Shown here in pieces: positions 52,201-64,000 of a DNA stretch of 64,000 bases. A model generated the notes under the pieces. The model saw nothing but the letters and a program-made list of their open reading frames with translations, was not told the origin of the DNA and made no database searches. The position numbers were made by a program, and so were the translations under genes. Each line of letters opens with the position of its first letter. Position 1 is the stretch's first letter. This stretch comes from Tubiluchus corallicola (Eukaryota > Animalia > Priapulida). The stretch lies in NCBI GenBank assembly GCA_030141605.1, contig JAQGDQ010000770.1, forward strand, positions 1 to 64,000, written 5' to 3'.

Positions 52201-54756
52201 TATTTTCCATTAGGTGTCCTAATCGCGTTTATGACATTTGGTCTTCTTGTTGGCGGTGCCCTAATGAAACGCTTGAGGGTACAACTAAAGGGCTACATCT
52301 TCTTAATCATTGTTGGTGGCGTTGCTAGTGTGATTGGAACGCTTATCAACATGTTTACAGCTTGCCCGACCCCAGCTCTTGCAGGAACTACTTTTTCCAC
52401 TGGGTATAAAGGCATTCCAGACATTATAGCATTTTTGAGGTTTGGTACTGGTTAAAGCAGCTAATGTTGGTACATATAGGTTGCACTGACGTAAAGAATA
52501 GTTTTTGCACAGTTACCTACATTTTGCGTAAGCATTCATCATTCATCTACAACTTTTACACATTTATTAACTTCAAACGTAAGACTAGGAGTAGATAGCA
52601 GTGAACATTACAGAACCTAGAAACAAAAAATGCTTTATGTAATGTACACGCTCAAACCAGCGTTGCGTTCCCATTGCTAAATTGTTTATTCTTCAAAAAT
52701 ACAAATTTGCTCTAGTCTGTAACTTCATTACATAATTATACTGGTTAACTACAAATATTACCTCTACAAAACTACTGAAATACGTGCTGGAAAAGTACAT
52801 TTTACAGAGTAGTACACTAGACTAGAAAACTAGAATGCATACATACATTGTTGGTCCAATATTGAGTCCAGAAACGCCAGAATGTCAACAAAAAGCAACT
52901 AATCACAGGTCAAATTTTAAACATAAAAGAGGTGTGTGTACACAACAAGTTCTGCAGGTGCATACAATGTAAGAGCAGAATAGTACAGTCTAACATATTG
53001 TGGCTTCTAATGCATATGCTACATGGGAGAGGGTAATGGAGCAAAAAGATTTATACTTGCGACACTTTATTTACTCTTATTGGTATTCCTGCATTTCCAA
53101 TACTCGAATAACGTTCTGTCTTCTAACATACTGGAAATGTACTGCCATTCAGCTGCTTCAGACAAAAAACTGATTACAGACGTATTCAACAGGTGAGCCT
53201 TTGTATCATTTTAGGTGGAATTACTCAACTGTCTGTGACAACTGCCGCTGTGATTTAGAGCAATATGCACCAGTATGTGCCAGCGACAATCTGACATACT
53301 TCAGTCCATGCCATGCAGGATGTGCAACAATAAATAATACAATTCGACCAAAGGTATTGAACACATTCACATTTAAATAGGTACGAAAGACATTACGTAA
53401 TTAAAATTCATTTTTGAAATTAATTCCATCTCACCTTTTAATTCTTCTACAGACTTATGCACAATGCTTTTGCAAAGCTCAGGCTGGGCCACATCTGGCA
53501 AATGCTTAGAGGACTGCAGTGGCCAGTTCTACAGGTTCGTGACAGTGATGGTGTGTACTTTGTTTGTGATAGCACCTTTGGGAATTGCTAGCATGATGGC
53601 CAGGCTTCGTTGTGTCACAAACGAACAAAAACCTTTAGCACTTGGCTTGCTTTCGTTTTTCTGGAGTTTATTTGGTGAGTAATCACACCCAGTGCACCAC
53701 TGTGTGTTTTTTGAGCCAAGCTCAAAAACTGTTGCGAATTAATTACCTTACAGTGCTTTATCACTTCCTGTAAAATTAGCTTATAGTTTGTGGCTAAATA
53801 AAGTTTCCATATTATTTTGCTGTTATTACTATTGATTACCTTTTTATAGATTTATATCCGCGGAATATCTATTACTCCGACTCACCACTGAAACATTCTT
53901 TACTGTAACTAAGTATGTACTGGGTTACAGCATCAAAAATGTTGCCGCTTCCTGAAACTACAAAAAAACCATGGTACCTCAAAGACTCCAAAGTAGTATC
54001 AGATCATCCCGGAATTACACACTGTAGACTTGGTTCACTAATTTTAAAAAATAAAGTGATAAAAAACTGCATTGTCCATTTGGCTTGCGTTAGTGTGTAA
54101 TGGTATGGTGTTTGTGTACATGCTTGGGTGCATATGCGTATGTGTCATGTACTTTAAAGTTCATATATTTTCTCCGTTGCTTTTGTTTTCTTCTTACTTA
54201 GTATTTTACTTGTGTAGGCCTTGGACTTCTGTCTGTCTTAAGAAACGTTTAGCCAGCTACAGCTTGCTTAAGACAAACAAAAGACCAAGACCACCTGACT
54301 GTGTTTTGTTGGGAAGCATGGTAGGAAACTAAAAAGCTGCAATTTAAATATGCCTTACTTCTTCCGGTTGATTACGTTTGTCTTCTTTTTGTTATTACGT
54401 TGGCTTGCGCAACACTTTTATTCAAATTAGCGGCTATTATTGCCCAGATTTAATCTAGCAAAATTGAATTATTCACTTTGCAAGGTGTTATTTGTAGCAT
54501 TCATGCCAGGACCTGTAGTGAGTGGAGCTCTTGTTGAGATGAATGTGATCCAGATGGCAGCACTGGAAATTGTTTGCTGTATGATAACGACCGATTGCGC
54601 TACGTGGTACATGGAGCAACGATTGCCAGTTTTATACCTGGCATACTTTTCTACATTCTAGCATTACTAAGTACTAAAGGAAAATACTTTGAAGACGACA
54701 AAGAGAATGAAAAAAATGAAATGCAGTCTACAGCTGATATTAACGAGAATTTATAA
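49263..54756 (+). pseudogene. SLCO: OATP/SLCO paralogue C, disrupted by two frameshifting deletions
   Basis: Exons 49263-49896, 50666-50752, 51097-51492, 52214-52403, 53215-53353, 53453-53674 and 54498-54756. Exon 6 is 7 nt shorter than in B (TAG at 53507-53509); exon 7 lacks 25 nt at 54537/54538. Confidence 0.85.
51880..52145. repeat. (TTGCA/TTGTA)n pentanucleotide microsatellite
   Basis: Direct observation. Confidence 0.95.
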
Positions 54757-56229
54757 TTATTTTATTACAAGATTACAACAGCATGACTGATGCATAACTC
54801 TGTGAGCGACAGTTCCCTTTTCTAATTACATAAATCTATTATAATAAAAACTTTCTTCGCTATTATTGTCTATTGCTATAGTTGTAGTACTGTAGTATCA
54901 TTGTTATTGCAGACAGTAACAGCTTTGACAATTATAACATTGAGCCATATCATTAACAAGGCACCTTCTTCTAGGGAAGAAATTTTATATTATTTTAGAT
55001 TTATTCAATATACATGTTCGTGCTACTGTTGTTGGACAAAATTTCAATGTCTGCTCCTGTGTCTACACAGAATAAGGAAACAACAATACTAAACCAGTTT
55101 GTGAAGCTATAGTCATTGAGCATAAAATAACTATTGACATAAAACCTTGCGAAATATGAAGTCTAGTAGACTTGTGGATCCAATAAAATAAAAATATAAA
55201 GGATTAGAAGGAGGCTATCAAGTAAATGTTTCCATACGGCTGCTACCACATTGAAAAACGATGCATGAAATTATTAAAACTAGTGCCAAGCCGATATCCC
55301 AGACCAAGCCCAGCCAAAGTAGACCTTTGACAGAACAGATGCGCGCAGACAGCACCTTTGACAAACTACGCCTTTGAACAAATGAAACCCCAGACCAGAA
55401 TCTGGAGACAGACCTATATCTAGAACAGAAAAAATTACCCAATAATTAAACAATATCCAGGTCTTGACACGACTCGACCGCACGCCGTGGACAAAACCTA
55501 CCATCGTCTGTTACATAAAGCACCATTAGTGTTTACATTGCATTCGTTTCAGGTTAGAGGACATGCGTTAAAAACTAAAACTTTTAATTAACAGGAAAAA
55601 AAATGATTAAAGTAACTGAGCATATTTCTTCTGCAAGATAGTAATAACACGGAAATTTCTCAGGGGGTCAGTTGTGTCGCTTTTGCTGTTTCAAGTGCGT
55701 ACATCTAAAATGTTTAACGAGTTTAATTCAAAAAAAAACATCAGCAAATTTAAGTATATGGCTGATAGTACGGTTCATGTTTCTTGTAGAAATGCAAAGC
55801 CTTGATAACCGACCTACTGCACAGCAACAATTCGTGTATAAACAGGTATTCAAGTAGCATTTATCAAATGTAAAACGGTTTTAAACGTTCACTTTGGAAG
55901 GAAATTTTCGAACAGTAAAATTAAAAGATGCCCGCACTTGCTGCAATGTACAGGCCAGCAAATGGCTTTGTATTTATAACATATATTTAAAAATATATTA
56001 AAAAAATTTAAAAATGTTAGCATGGTTACTAGGGGAAATTCTCAACATAGAATCATTAAATCGTAACCCACTGAATCTCGTCCTAAGTTGTGGTGATGCA
56101 AACGAGTGGAAATAATTATCTTATCATTCCTTAACCACACAAGGCAATCTTAGAAGTTTATGTGACTTTGCTTCTTTAGTGTCATTATTGCATAGTTAAA
56201 TTAATTTGTTAGCTATTTTGCTTTTAATT

Positions 56230-56560
56230 AGGTATTTTGCCCGTAGAACCCTGATTTACTAATTTTGTTTTCACTTTGGTTTGCGTAAATTTGCATAATT
56301 TTATTTACCATAATTGTTTGCTATTAATTTAATTTTGATGTGCTTTCCTATTCTGTTCTTTATTTTGTTTGAATAATATTTACTGGGCTGAAATTAGTAG
56401 ACTCACTATTTAGGGATGGCAGACTAGATAACCTTTTGGTCTTCCGCCATCAAGCCCTTCTTTAATCTTTGTAACTCATTGTTATATGTTATCTATGATT
56501 GTTATTTTGGGATTGAACTTGGGATTGATTTTGGAATGGAAGGCAAAAAAATTAAAAAAA
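56230..56560 (+). mobile_element. Possible LINE 3' UTR remnant with A-rich tail
   Basis: T-rich tract, GATGGCAGACTAGATAACCTTTTGGTCTTCCGCCATC stem-loop, ending in A-runs at 56545-56560. Confidence 0.4.
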
Positions 56561-56798
56561 TATTTTTTAGCCGAAGAAGCATTGGATTCACAGATGAATA
56601 CAGACACGTAGGGACATTTAGCGTCGTTCCATTTGTAATTGTATACAGGTCTGATTTGTAAACAGTGCTCTCCTTGCCAGTTGTCAGGCTGCGGAGGGTG
56701 ACTCCAACTAGTAAATAAGATGGGTTGGCCATTGGCAAGCCATATCCATGCTCCTTCTCTGTCTTGGTCTGTTCCACCAATCCAGGAATCGCCGATAT
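56482..56798 (-). CDS. Second C-type lectin terminal exon (C-terminal half, QPD/WND), between SLCO-C and SLCO-D
   Basis: TTTTTCATAG phase-1 acceptor, then IGDSWIGGTDQDREGAWIWLANGQPILFTSWSHPPQPDNWQGEHCLQIRPVYNYKWNDAKCPYVSVFICE. First stop at 56482. This frame is absent from the ORF track. Confidence 0.85.
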
Positions 56799-58925
56799 CT
56801 ATGAAAAATTACATTATTAAACAGAGTGCAACTGAATAACAGTATTGTCATGAGATAGGTTAGTAGTTTGAACAGATGTAACAGATTACAAAGCTCAGAA
56901 ACCACGTAGTTTGAGGTACACCACAAAAAGTAGTGGTAAAGATTCTGTGGACCAGCTAGTTACATTCTTTACATGACTTTGCTTTCAATAAGTTCGTTTT
57001 TGTTAATTTTTATGCTTTAAAACTTTTAAGCTGTCTGGGTGGAAACTGGTAGAAAATATTATGAATTATAAATAAATGAACAGACGTTTGTTGAGAAGTT
57101 TTTGCATAATTTATGCAGACCAAATTTGATACGTAGACAACGAATCTGGTGAGGTTGCTTCAAATATGATCAGAAATCATCAGATCCACTCACTTTTATT
57201 TGGCAGTATCGAACTGTATATTGGCAGTTGAACAAATGTGAAGTTTAACAACATTACTTAAATTACTGAACAAGGTGTTTTAAATTTGCTTAAAAAAGCT
57301 GTTTCAAAGCAAAAATACCATGACTACATTATCATATGGCGGTCAGTTTTTTTCATGGAAACCATTTTAGCAAACAAAAGATCGAAGAGAGTAATTTAAT
57401 AAATTGCTTACTGTATGCCCGTATAATTAGTGGTTTTAATGCTCCATATAACAAAAGTACAATCTTTTAACATCTACTATAACTTATTGTGAATATGAAT
57501 TTATTAAAAATGTGACGTAAAAATCTTGTATTTCAGAGTTTTTTCTTTAAAAATTGTGCATGCATTAATGATCAACTTGACATTTTTGACACATTCCTTA
57601 GGTCGGGTTTGTTTATCTAATGGTAAAATTGTTTCCATAATAAACGTTGTACAACAGTTAATCAAGCTCACTAATAGTCTTGTCCCCAGTCAAAAGTAAA
57701 CAAAACACGCAGTTTTTTCTTTAAAACAGCCAGAATTCAATGAACAGAAACAGCAGTTAAAATGGGCTGTATAGCAGCATTATAAGCCTAGTAATTATTA
57801 TGGTACTGTTATTTAATTATTTGTTAAATTATTAATTAGTCGATGCTGTAATTGTTATACAATGCACTTGCGCATGCGCGCGCACACAGGATGTACTATG
57901 TATCAGAAAGTAGTTAATCTAGTTTATATACATAAAATATTTAATAGCGATAAACGGAACTGTGTATTTAACCTTTTGCTTGTACGAAGGTTGACTTATT
58001 ATGACTGCAAATAAATTTAGGATCAAGGGAATGCATTGAATAGAAATATGTAGCTTATGACACTTCTGGTGTTATCGCTAAAGAGAATTCATTTATTTAT
58101 GGAATAAATGTTGTAATATCGAATTATTTGTGGTGCTATTCTTTTTTCTCAGTAAATTTTCAATTACACAGTCCGGCTTAAGCGGCTGCCAAATATGTGA
58201 CTAGATAATGACGACTTCTCTATGGTTTTGAAAACATGGGTAAGAAAACAGATTCAAATTGCCTACTAAAACACGCAGATATTTTTGCACCATTTGCAAA
58301 ACATCACGCCTCTTAGGGCGCTTGTGATGACAATCGAATCTAAGTCTTATGTAATCTTTGATAGCTCCATTCTTCATGCAAGGTGCCTCGCCTTAACAAT
58401 ATTGACAAAGAGCAACTTATGCTGCTATCATCTGTGGTGACGATAAAAGCAACCCAAATCTTTAGTAATTTTCGATAGAGCTTTCATTTTTCAAGAAATT
58501 AATGTGTAACCAATTAAATTGATAGTAAGAATGGCAATGAAAAACTTAGGTTGGTACCGCTTGCAACTGATATCTTGCTAACTTCACGTAATGTGTTTTA
58601 CTCGGTTCTTAGAAGTTAAGAATTAGTGCAAATATATTTTAATAAATTGCAACAATTTTGACTGCCTCTGTGATATCGAGGCCATTTCCAAGCGATATTT
58701 TGCTAGAATTCGTTTCAATATCTATAATTTATGGCGTCTTTCTGTTTCAGGTATGTGTTGCTCCTTTTTCATGTTGCTTGGATACCACCAGGAATCACCG
58801 TCATGATGTAAATAAATAGTAAATAGTAAATAAAATGTTGAAGTGCTTATATAAATCAACATTTTGCATATTGTAAACTACAAGAGGTCTATTGCTAGCT
58901 ACGTGTTATTAGCAAGCGAAGCAAG

Positions 58926-61900
58926 ATGACAGCCCATGAGACCAATAAAAGAGACAGGTTATGTGGAATTAACGAGTGTCATCCCAACTTTCTTCAAAGA
59001 TTTGCAAATGTTTACTGCTTTGGTATTTTCTATGTGCTAAACTTGCTGTTTAGAGGCATGCTTTTGGGTGTGTTATTGGGAGCAGTTACCACTATAGAGA
59101 AGCGTTTCAACTTAAAAACGCGGGAAATTGGAATACTTTTTTCTGTGCAAGATTTCGGTCATGTCTCTTGCGTTGTCTTACTGTCTTATTATGGTGCAAG
59201 AAAGCGGAAACCTCTGATCCTGGGAATCACCCAGGTTTTAGTAGCACTCTCCATATTCTTGTTCACCATACCGCACTTCATATTTGGTACCGGAAATGTG
59301 GCCGGCACTGCCGATTCTAGTAGCATTAGCAACATTACTGACGATAGTAGTTTGTGCAATGCAGCAAAACCAGATAGCAACGGTACAGCATGTGACAAAG
59401 TTTCAATTGATAGTACGGATGACAGGACCGCTTACGCTATATTTGCACTCTCACTTATACTGCTGGGCGCAACTGGATCTGCATATCATGTCTTAGGTCT
59501 GGCATATTTAGACGACAACGTGAGAAAAGATGATGCACCTTTATTAATAGGTAAGCTAATAACACTTGCCATAAGATAGACTGCCGTTAGATTTGAATGC
59601 TAACCATAACATGATTGTAGATTAATCTGAACATATAGAGATATAGGCGTACGAAGCAGGGCATTTGGGGGGGGGGGGGGAGTAGGGCAAATGAGTTGTA
59701 CATTTCCAATTTCCAGGGCAGAAGCTGTTTGTTTCTGGGAAATAATTCTACCTTAAAATTTCAAAATTTAAGATTTCAACATCCAAAAATTGCTCACGTA
59801 CCTTGTACAAAGCCACTATCCTTTTTACTGGCTGCAAGTAAAGTGTTTCTTGTACAGCGAATTTAGCTTTTAGTAATTTTAAAGTTAATATTAGACTTAA
59901 TATTAAATTCAGTCCACTAAACAACGTAAGAACTATTCAAGTACGTGCTCATTAATGTACTGGCAAAGTTATAGACACATTTTGCAAATGGAAAACATGG
60001 ACGTTCGCTGTCATTTTTTGTATTTCTAAACATCAGAAAAAGTAGACCTGAAAGTATTTGCAGGTATGCTCAGTGAAACACAAACCTTTGGCTTGTGTCT
60101 TGTTAGACATATTTATTTTAGTAAAGGTTTTTATAATTTGGACTTAACTTTGCATTTATATACTATTGTTAATGAGGGGGGACGGGCGAAATGTCATTTA
60201 TTTCCGACCCACCCTTCTACATTGTGGTGGTCTTGTCCACACGAAGCCATTTTATAGTGAAGTACGCCGTGATATGCGTATCAGCACCATCCGCTCTACG
60301 TTACACTATTATGTTTTACGATAATTTTATGATATTGAATACATTATATGCGGAAATGTAAATAAGTATCCGTATCAAGTCTAAATTATTTTGTTCTTTT
60401 AGACTTTTTTGTCATTCTATATTCTATAGTACAGAAAAGTATTTTGAAATCACTCAGTCTAAGGCATCTTATAAAAAAAAAATCAGAGCAAATTCACTCT
60501 GTACCCCCCCCCCCCGCTGCTAAACTTCCTCCCCTACGCCTAAGATTTGGGTGAACTACTAATGTCTGCTTTGGTAAACAAAATGGCCTGCGTTGTTCGT
60601 GTTTTTCACACTCATTTCCAAATTATGGTTTCTACTTTTGCTGACAAATGTATTGTTTGGATTTTTGAAATTGAAACTCATTTTGAATCAGTTAATATAG
60701 TCAAAATATGACTAATATTATTACATTGTTACAACTTCAGTTAAATTAGCGTTAAGTGATGCGCTCTTTCTTAGTAACAAAACGATAATGTTATTGTAGG
60801 TGTCACGAACTCGCTGCCTATGTTGGGTCCAATGTTGGGTTACTTCTTGAGTGCAATGTGTGTTAGTATTTATGTAGATTTTTCGGGTGAGTAAAATACG
60901 AAATTTAATTAGTAATTCAATGTAGTTCATTTTTAACAGTTCTGAACAATCATTGCTTTTGTATCTGTTTCTTATTTAGCTTCTATTTTGAGTTCTACTT
61001 TGAAAAATTGTTATTTTTTATTTCGCTTGGGTGTACGTGTTGTAGAAATGGTTTCACTTACGGAAAGTTCAAAACCGGTAAAGAGTTGTGATTGAAAACT
61101 AACGCACTTGCAGTACAACGAGAAAATCCAGCTGCTATCGCCTTTGGGTTTTTCAAAACTTCTGCGTTTTTGTGTAAAAGTTTAAAGAGTTAAAAAACAG
61201 GTTAATAAAACTGCATGACTTGGTTGAAGGAAGGTAACAACAACAAGGTTTTGTGCAGTAGGTGAGGTGACGTCAGCATCTTATACGAATTTTGATGAAG
61301 ATTTGTGATTCCGCAGAAATTTGCCATATCATATTACCTAATATAATGCACGAGTCAAAATTAGCTAAGCCTCGTGAAGATTCCCTGTGTAAAATGCGTA
61401 GTGCTTTAGGGTTGCAAACCGGGAATGCATGTGAGGTTGAAAAGTGAGAGTCTGATCCATGACAGAAAATGATAGAAAATGGGCAACGTAAGGCGAATTT
61501 ATATTTTAATTTTAGTTACAGCAGCGTAACTAAACTTTTAGAGCCCCTGCAAAATAATTCTATAGGTCCCCGTCATTTACGCGTAAGCTTTTGCGGGCTA
61601 CAGAGGTACTGCAACTTTTAGAATCAGTTGTAAAATCATAATAACTTTTTTTAAAAAAATTCTTCGCGATTTCGTGTCGGCAAAGGTGTGTAGTAAACCG
61701 TAATTACTGGTATATTGCTATGCACGTACTTTGTACTTCTTCTTCACAATGAAAGCCCCTCATACACAAAGATCCCTTGCGACAGTTACTGTTTAAAATT
61801 AAGTGGTTTTGGGGATGAGGCCGCGATTGAATCTTTCGTTTAGTTTGGTTTGGTTTGGTTTAGTTTGGTTGATGCATACAGTTGAAAGTGTTTAATAGCT

Positions 61901-63529
61901 GAATAAGCTCAGCAAACATTGGTTGTAGATGCGCGAATTTACCCAAGATAACTAGTAATAGTCATTCAAGCGGGGTGCAGTTCTTGACTTCTAGCAAGGA
62001 AATCACAAAAACAACTTTTTGACGAAATATGTGATGTCTTTAGATACAAACCTAAAACCATCAGATCCAGAATGGATAGGTGCTTGGTGGTTAGGAGTTC
62101 TGCTGACATCCATCCTTGTATTTATCTGCGCCATACCCCTGATGCTTTTCCCAAAGACTGTGGTGGAATCAGAAGGAGCAAGGACTCTGCGCAGACAATC
62201 GCACCATTCACAGGAAAACGTAACTGCAAAACTGATGGAAAAACCTGCAGAACTAATAGCAGACATTTGGAAATTGGTTCATAATAAGGTCTTTATTTTT
62301 CTAACTCTTGGCAGCTGTTTGGAATTTTGGCAGTATGACTTGTACTACATGTTTCTACCGAAGTATGGAGAAGTACAATTTGGACTTTCTCCATCAACGG
62401 CTAACGTCTTTAACGGTACGAGGATATTCTCAGGCGAAGTATTATAGTTTATAAACGGATAACATTTGTAAATTTTAACAAAACTAATTACAAGAGTTAA
62501 ACTAAGATTTAAACCAAACGTTTATATGTAGAAATTTGCAATTGCTGCAAACTTTTTTGGTACAATGCCGGAAAACTGCTTCAGAAAGGTACCATAAAAC
62601 TAAGCAAAAGAGCTTAGCAAACAATATATCTTTTCATACAACGTCTTCTAGACCGTCAAATTTTGTCATTTGTTATCATTAATAAATTTATCTATGCTAA
62701 TAGAGTTGACTTGTAGAATCAGAAACAATTTGAAATTCGTTGTTGTGTTTTCCAAAGAGATGCACTAAAATGATATAGACCTACCCAGAAACTTGAAAAA
62801 GTGTTTTATCTACAAAAAATTAACAGAATGCGCAATTAGCAACGAATCTAAAAAATGTACAGATGAATACAATAGGTTCCCTAATGTATTGTTTTGTTTT
62901 ACAATGTGGTGCTATTGTTGGATGATATTAATGAGCATCAACAAAGGCTTATTACTTGGGACTTTACGTTCTAACAGGTTTGCTACTGGGGTTTATGACA
63001 TGTGGTCTTTTTGCTGGCGGAATTATAATGAAACGCTTAAAGGTGCAATTAAAAGGATACCTGTTGTTAGTCATTTGTGGTGGCGTTGCTACTGCGACTG
63101 GAACACTTATCAACATGTTTACGTCTTGTCCATCATCAGCACTTGCAGGAAATGCTTCCATTTCCACAGGGTATGAAGTTTACTTCTACAAGCTTAATGT
63201 AACTTGATTTTTGCGCGATGTGTAAGTGCAAACGAAACATAAATAAATAAATAAACGTGTAAATAAAACTTAAGAGACGAAGCTGTTGTGGTATCACAGA
63301 CTTGTGTTACAAGGTCTAAGCCTATGCATACGGCAAATAAATGTGCTTCTCAGAGAAGAAATTTTTAACTATAATTTTTTCCTTTTTTAGATGGGAATAT
63401 CCTACTCTCTGTGACAACTGTCACTGTGATTTGGAGCGATATGCACCAATATGTGCTAGTGATAATCTGACATATTTCAGTCCGTGCCACGCAGGATGTA
63501 CAGCAATGAATGATACAATTCAACCAAAG
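58926..63529 (+). CDS. SLCO: OATP/SLCO paralogue D, partial (exons 6-7 beyond the window)
   Basis: Exons 58926-59550, 60800-60886, 62044-62415, 62978-63170 and 63391-63529 are in frame; [13 protein letters not shown]. Confidence 0.93.
59644..60542. mobile_element. Possible non-autonomous TIR element (hAT-like)
   Basis: TAGGCGTACG...CCTACGCCTA termini with a G-run inside the left end and a C-run inside the right end. No clean TSD. Confidence 0.4.
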
Positions 63530-64000
63530 GTACTAAAGACATCTCCATATCAGTGGTGTCTCTTAGCTAAAATTAGTTGGGTGTGCTGCTTCAGAAAATT
63601 TTTAGCCATTAATTTAATACTGTGTAAAATAACGAACACATGTGTAATTTTAATGTTGTAGTTATATTTGAAGATCAGGTGTTGAACGGTCTCTTTTTTT
63701 AACTGCAACTTTCTCATGGAGAGACAACTGTGAAAAATTAAGCTGTTGTAGTTCAATTGCAGTCACAGAACTTATTTCTTGGTGGTACAAGGCGTCCATT
63801 ATTAAGTATGTGAAAGTCATTTTGAAGTTGTTGTTCACTCACTTTGTTATGATTGAGTCTAGGCACAGAAGTATGAATATGAATAAAAAATCTATAATAC
63901 ATATTTGCACTGCACACAACAGAAAAGTGTTTATTAAAACTACAGAAACATGAGTAGCACAACTGCTGCACTGAACACTGAGAGTGAGAGTGACTGGAAA

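Noticed and set aside
55100-55515. Solo LTR (minus strand starts TGTAACA)
   Set aside because: No TSD and no convincing TATA/polyA order.
59700-59725. Minus-strand CPGNW as the missing lectin N-terminus
   Set aside because: No following CY or W..A...C motifs; lies inside a probable transposon end.

Overview
AT-rich eukaryotic genomic DNA from an invertebrate animal, with GT-AG introns, microsatellites and many transposon remnants; it is not prokaryotic and has no CRISPR array. All gene models were spliced by hand from splice sites and reading-frame phase. The left half (+ strand) has two paralogous type II membrane serine-protease genes (cytoplasmic tail-TM-LDLa-trypsin). The first has an intact triad and three interchangeable phase-0 first coding exons. 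The second is an intact-frame pseudoprotease (D102N, S195T, no activation site, mucin stalk). Between them on the - strand is a GPI-anchored LRR gene. The right half (+ strand) is a tandem array of four SLCO/OATP transporter genes: A and B are intact, C is frameshifted twice, and D runs off the window. In A-C the canonical TM11 arginine is replaced by serine. Two orphan C-type lectin terminal exons (QPD/WND) lie on the - strand 49 kb apart, and the ORF track misses one of them. Mobile DNA includes LINE remnants, a 5S-headed SINE with an 11-bp TSD, solo-LTR candidates (one with a perfect TSD and a heat-shock-element array), a non-autonomous Helitron and MITEs.
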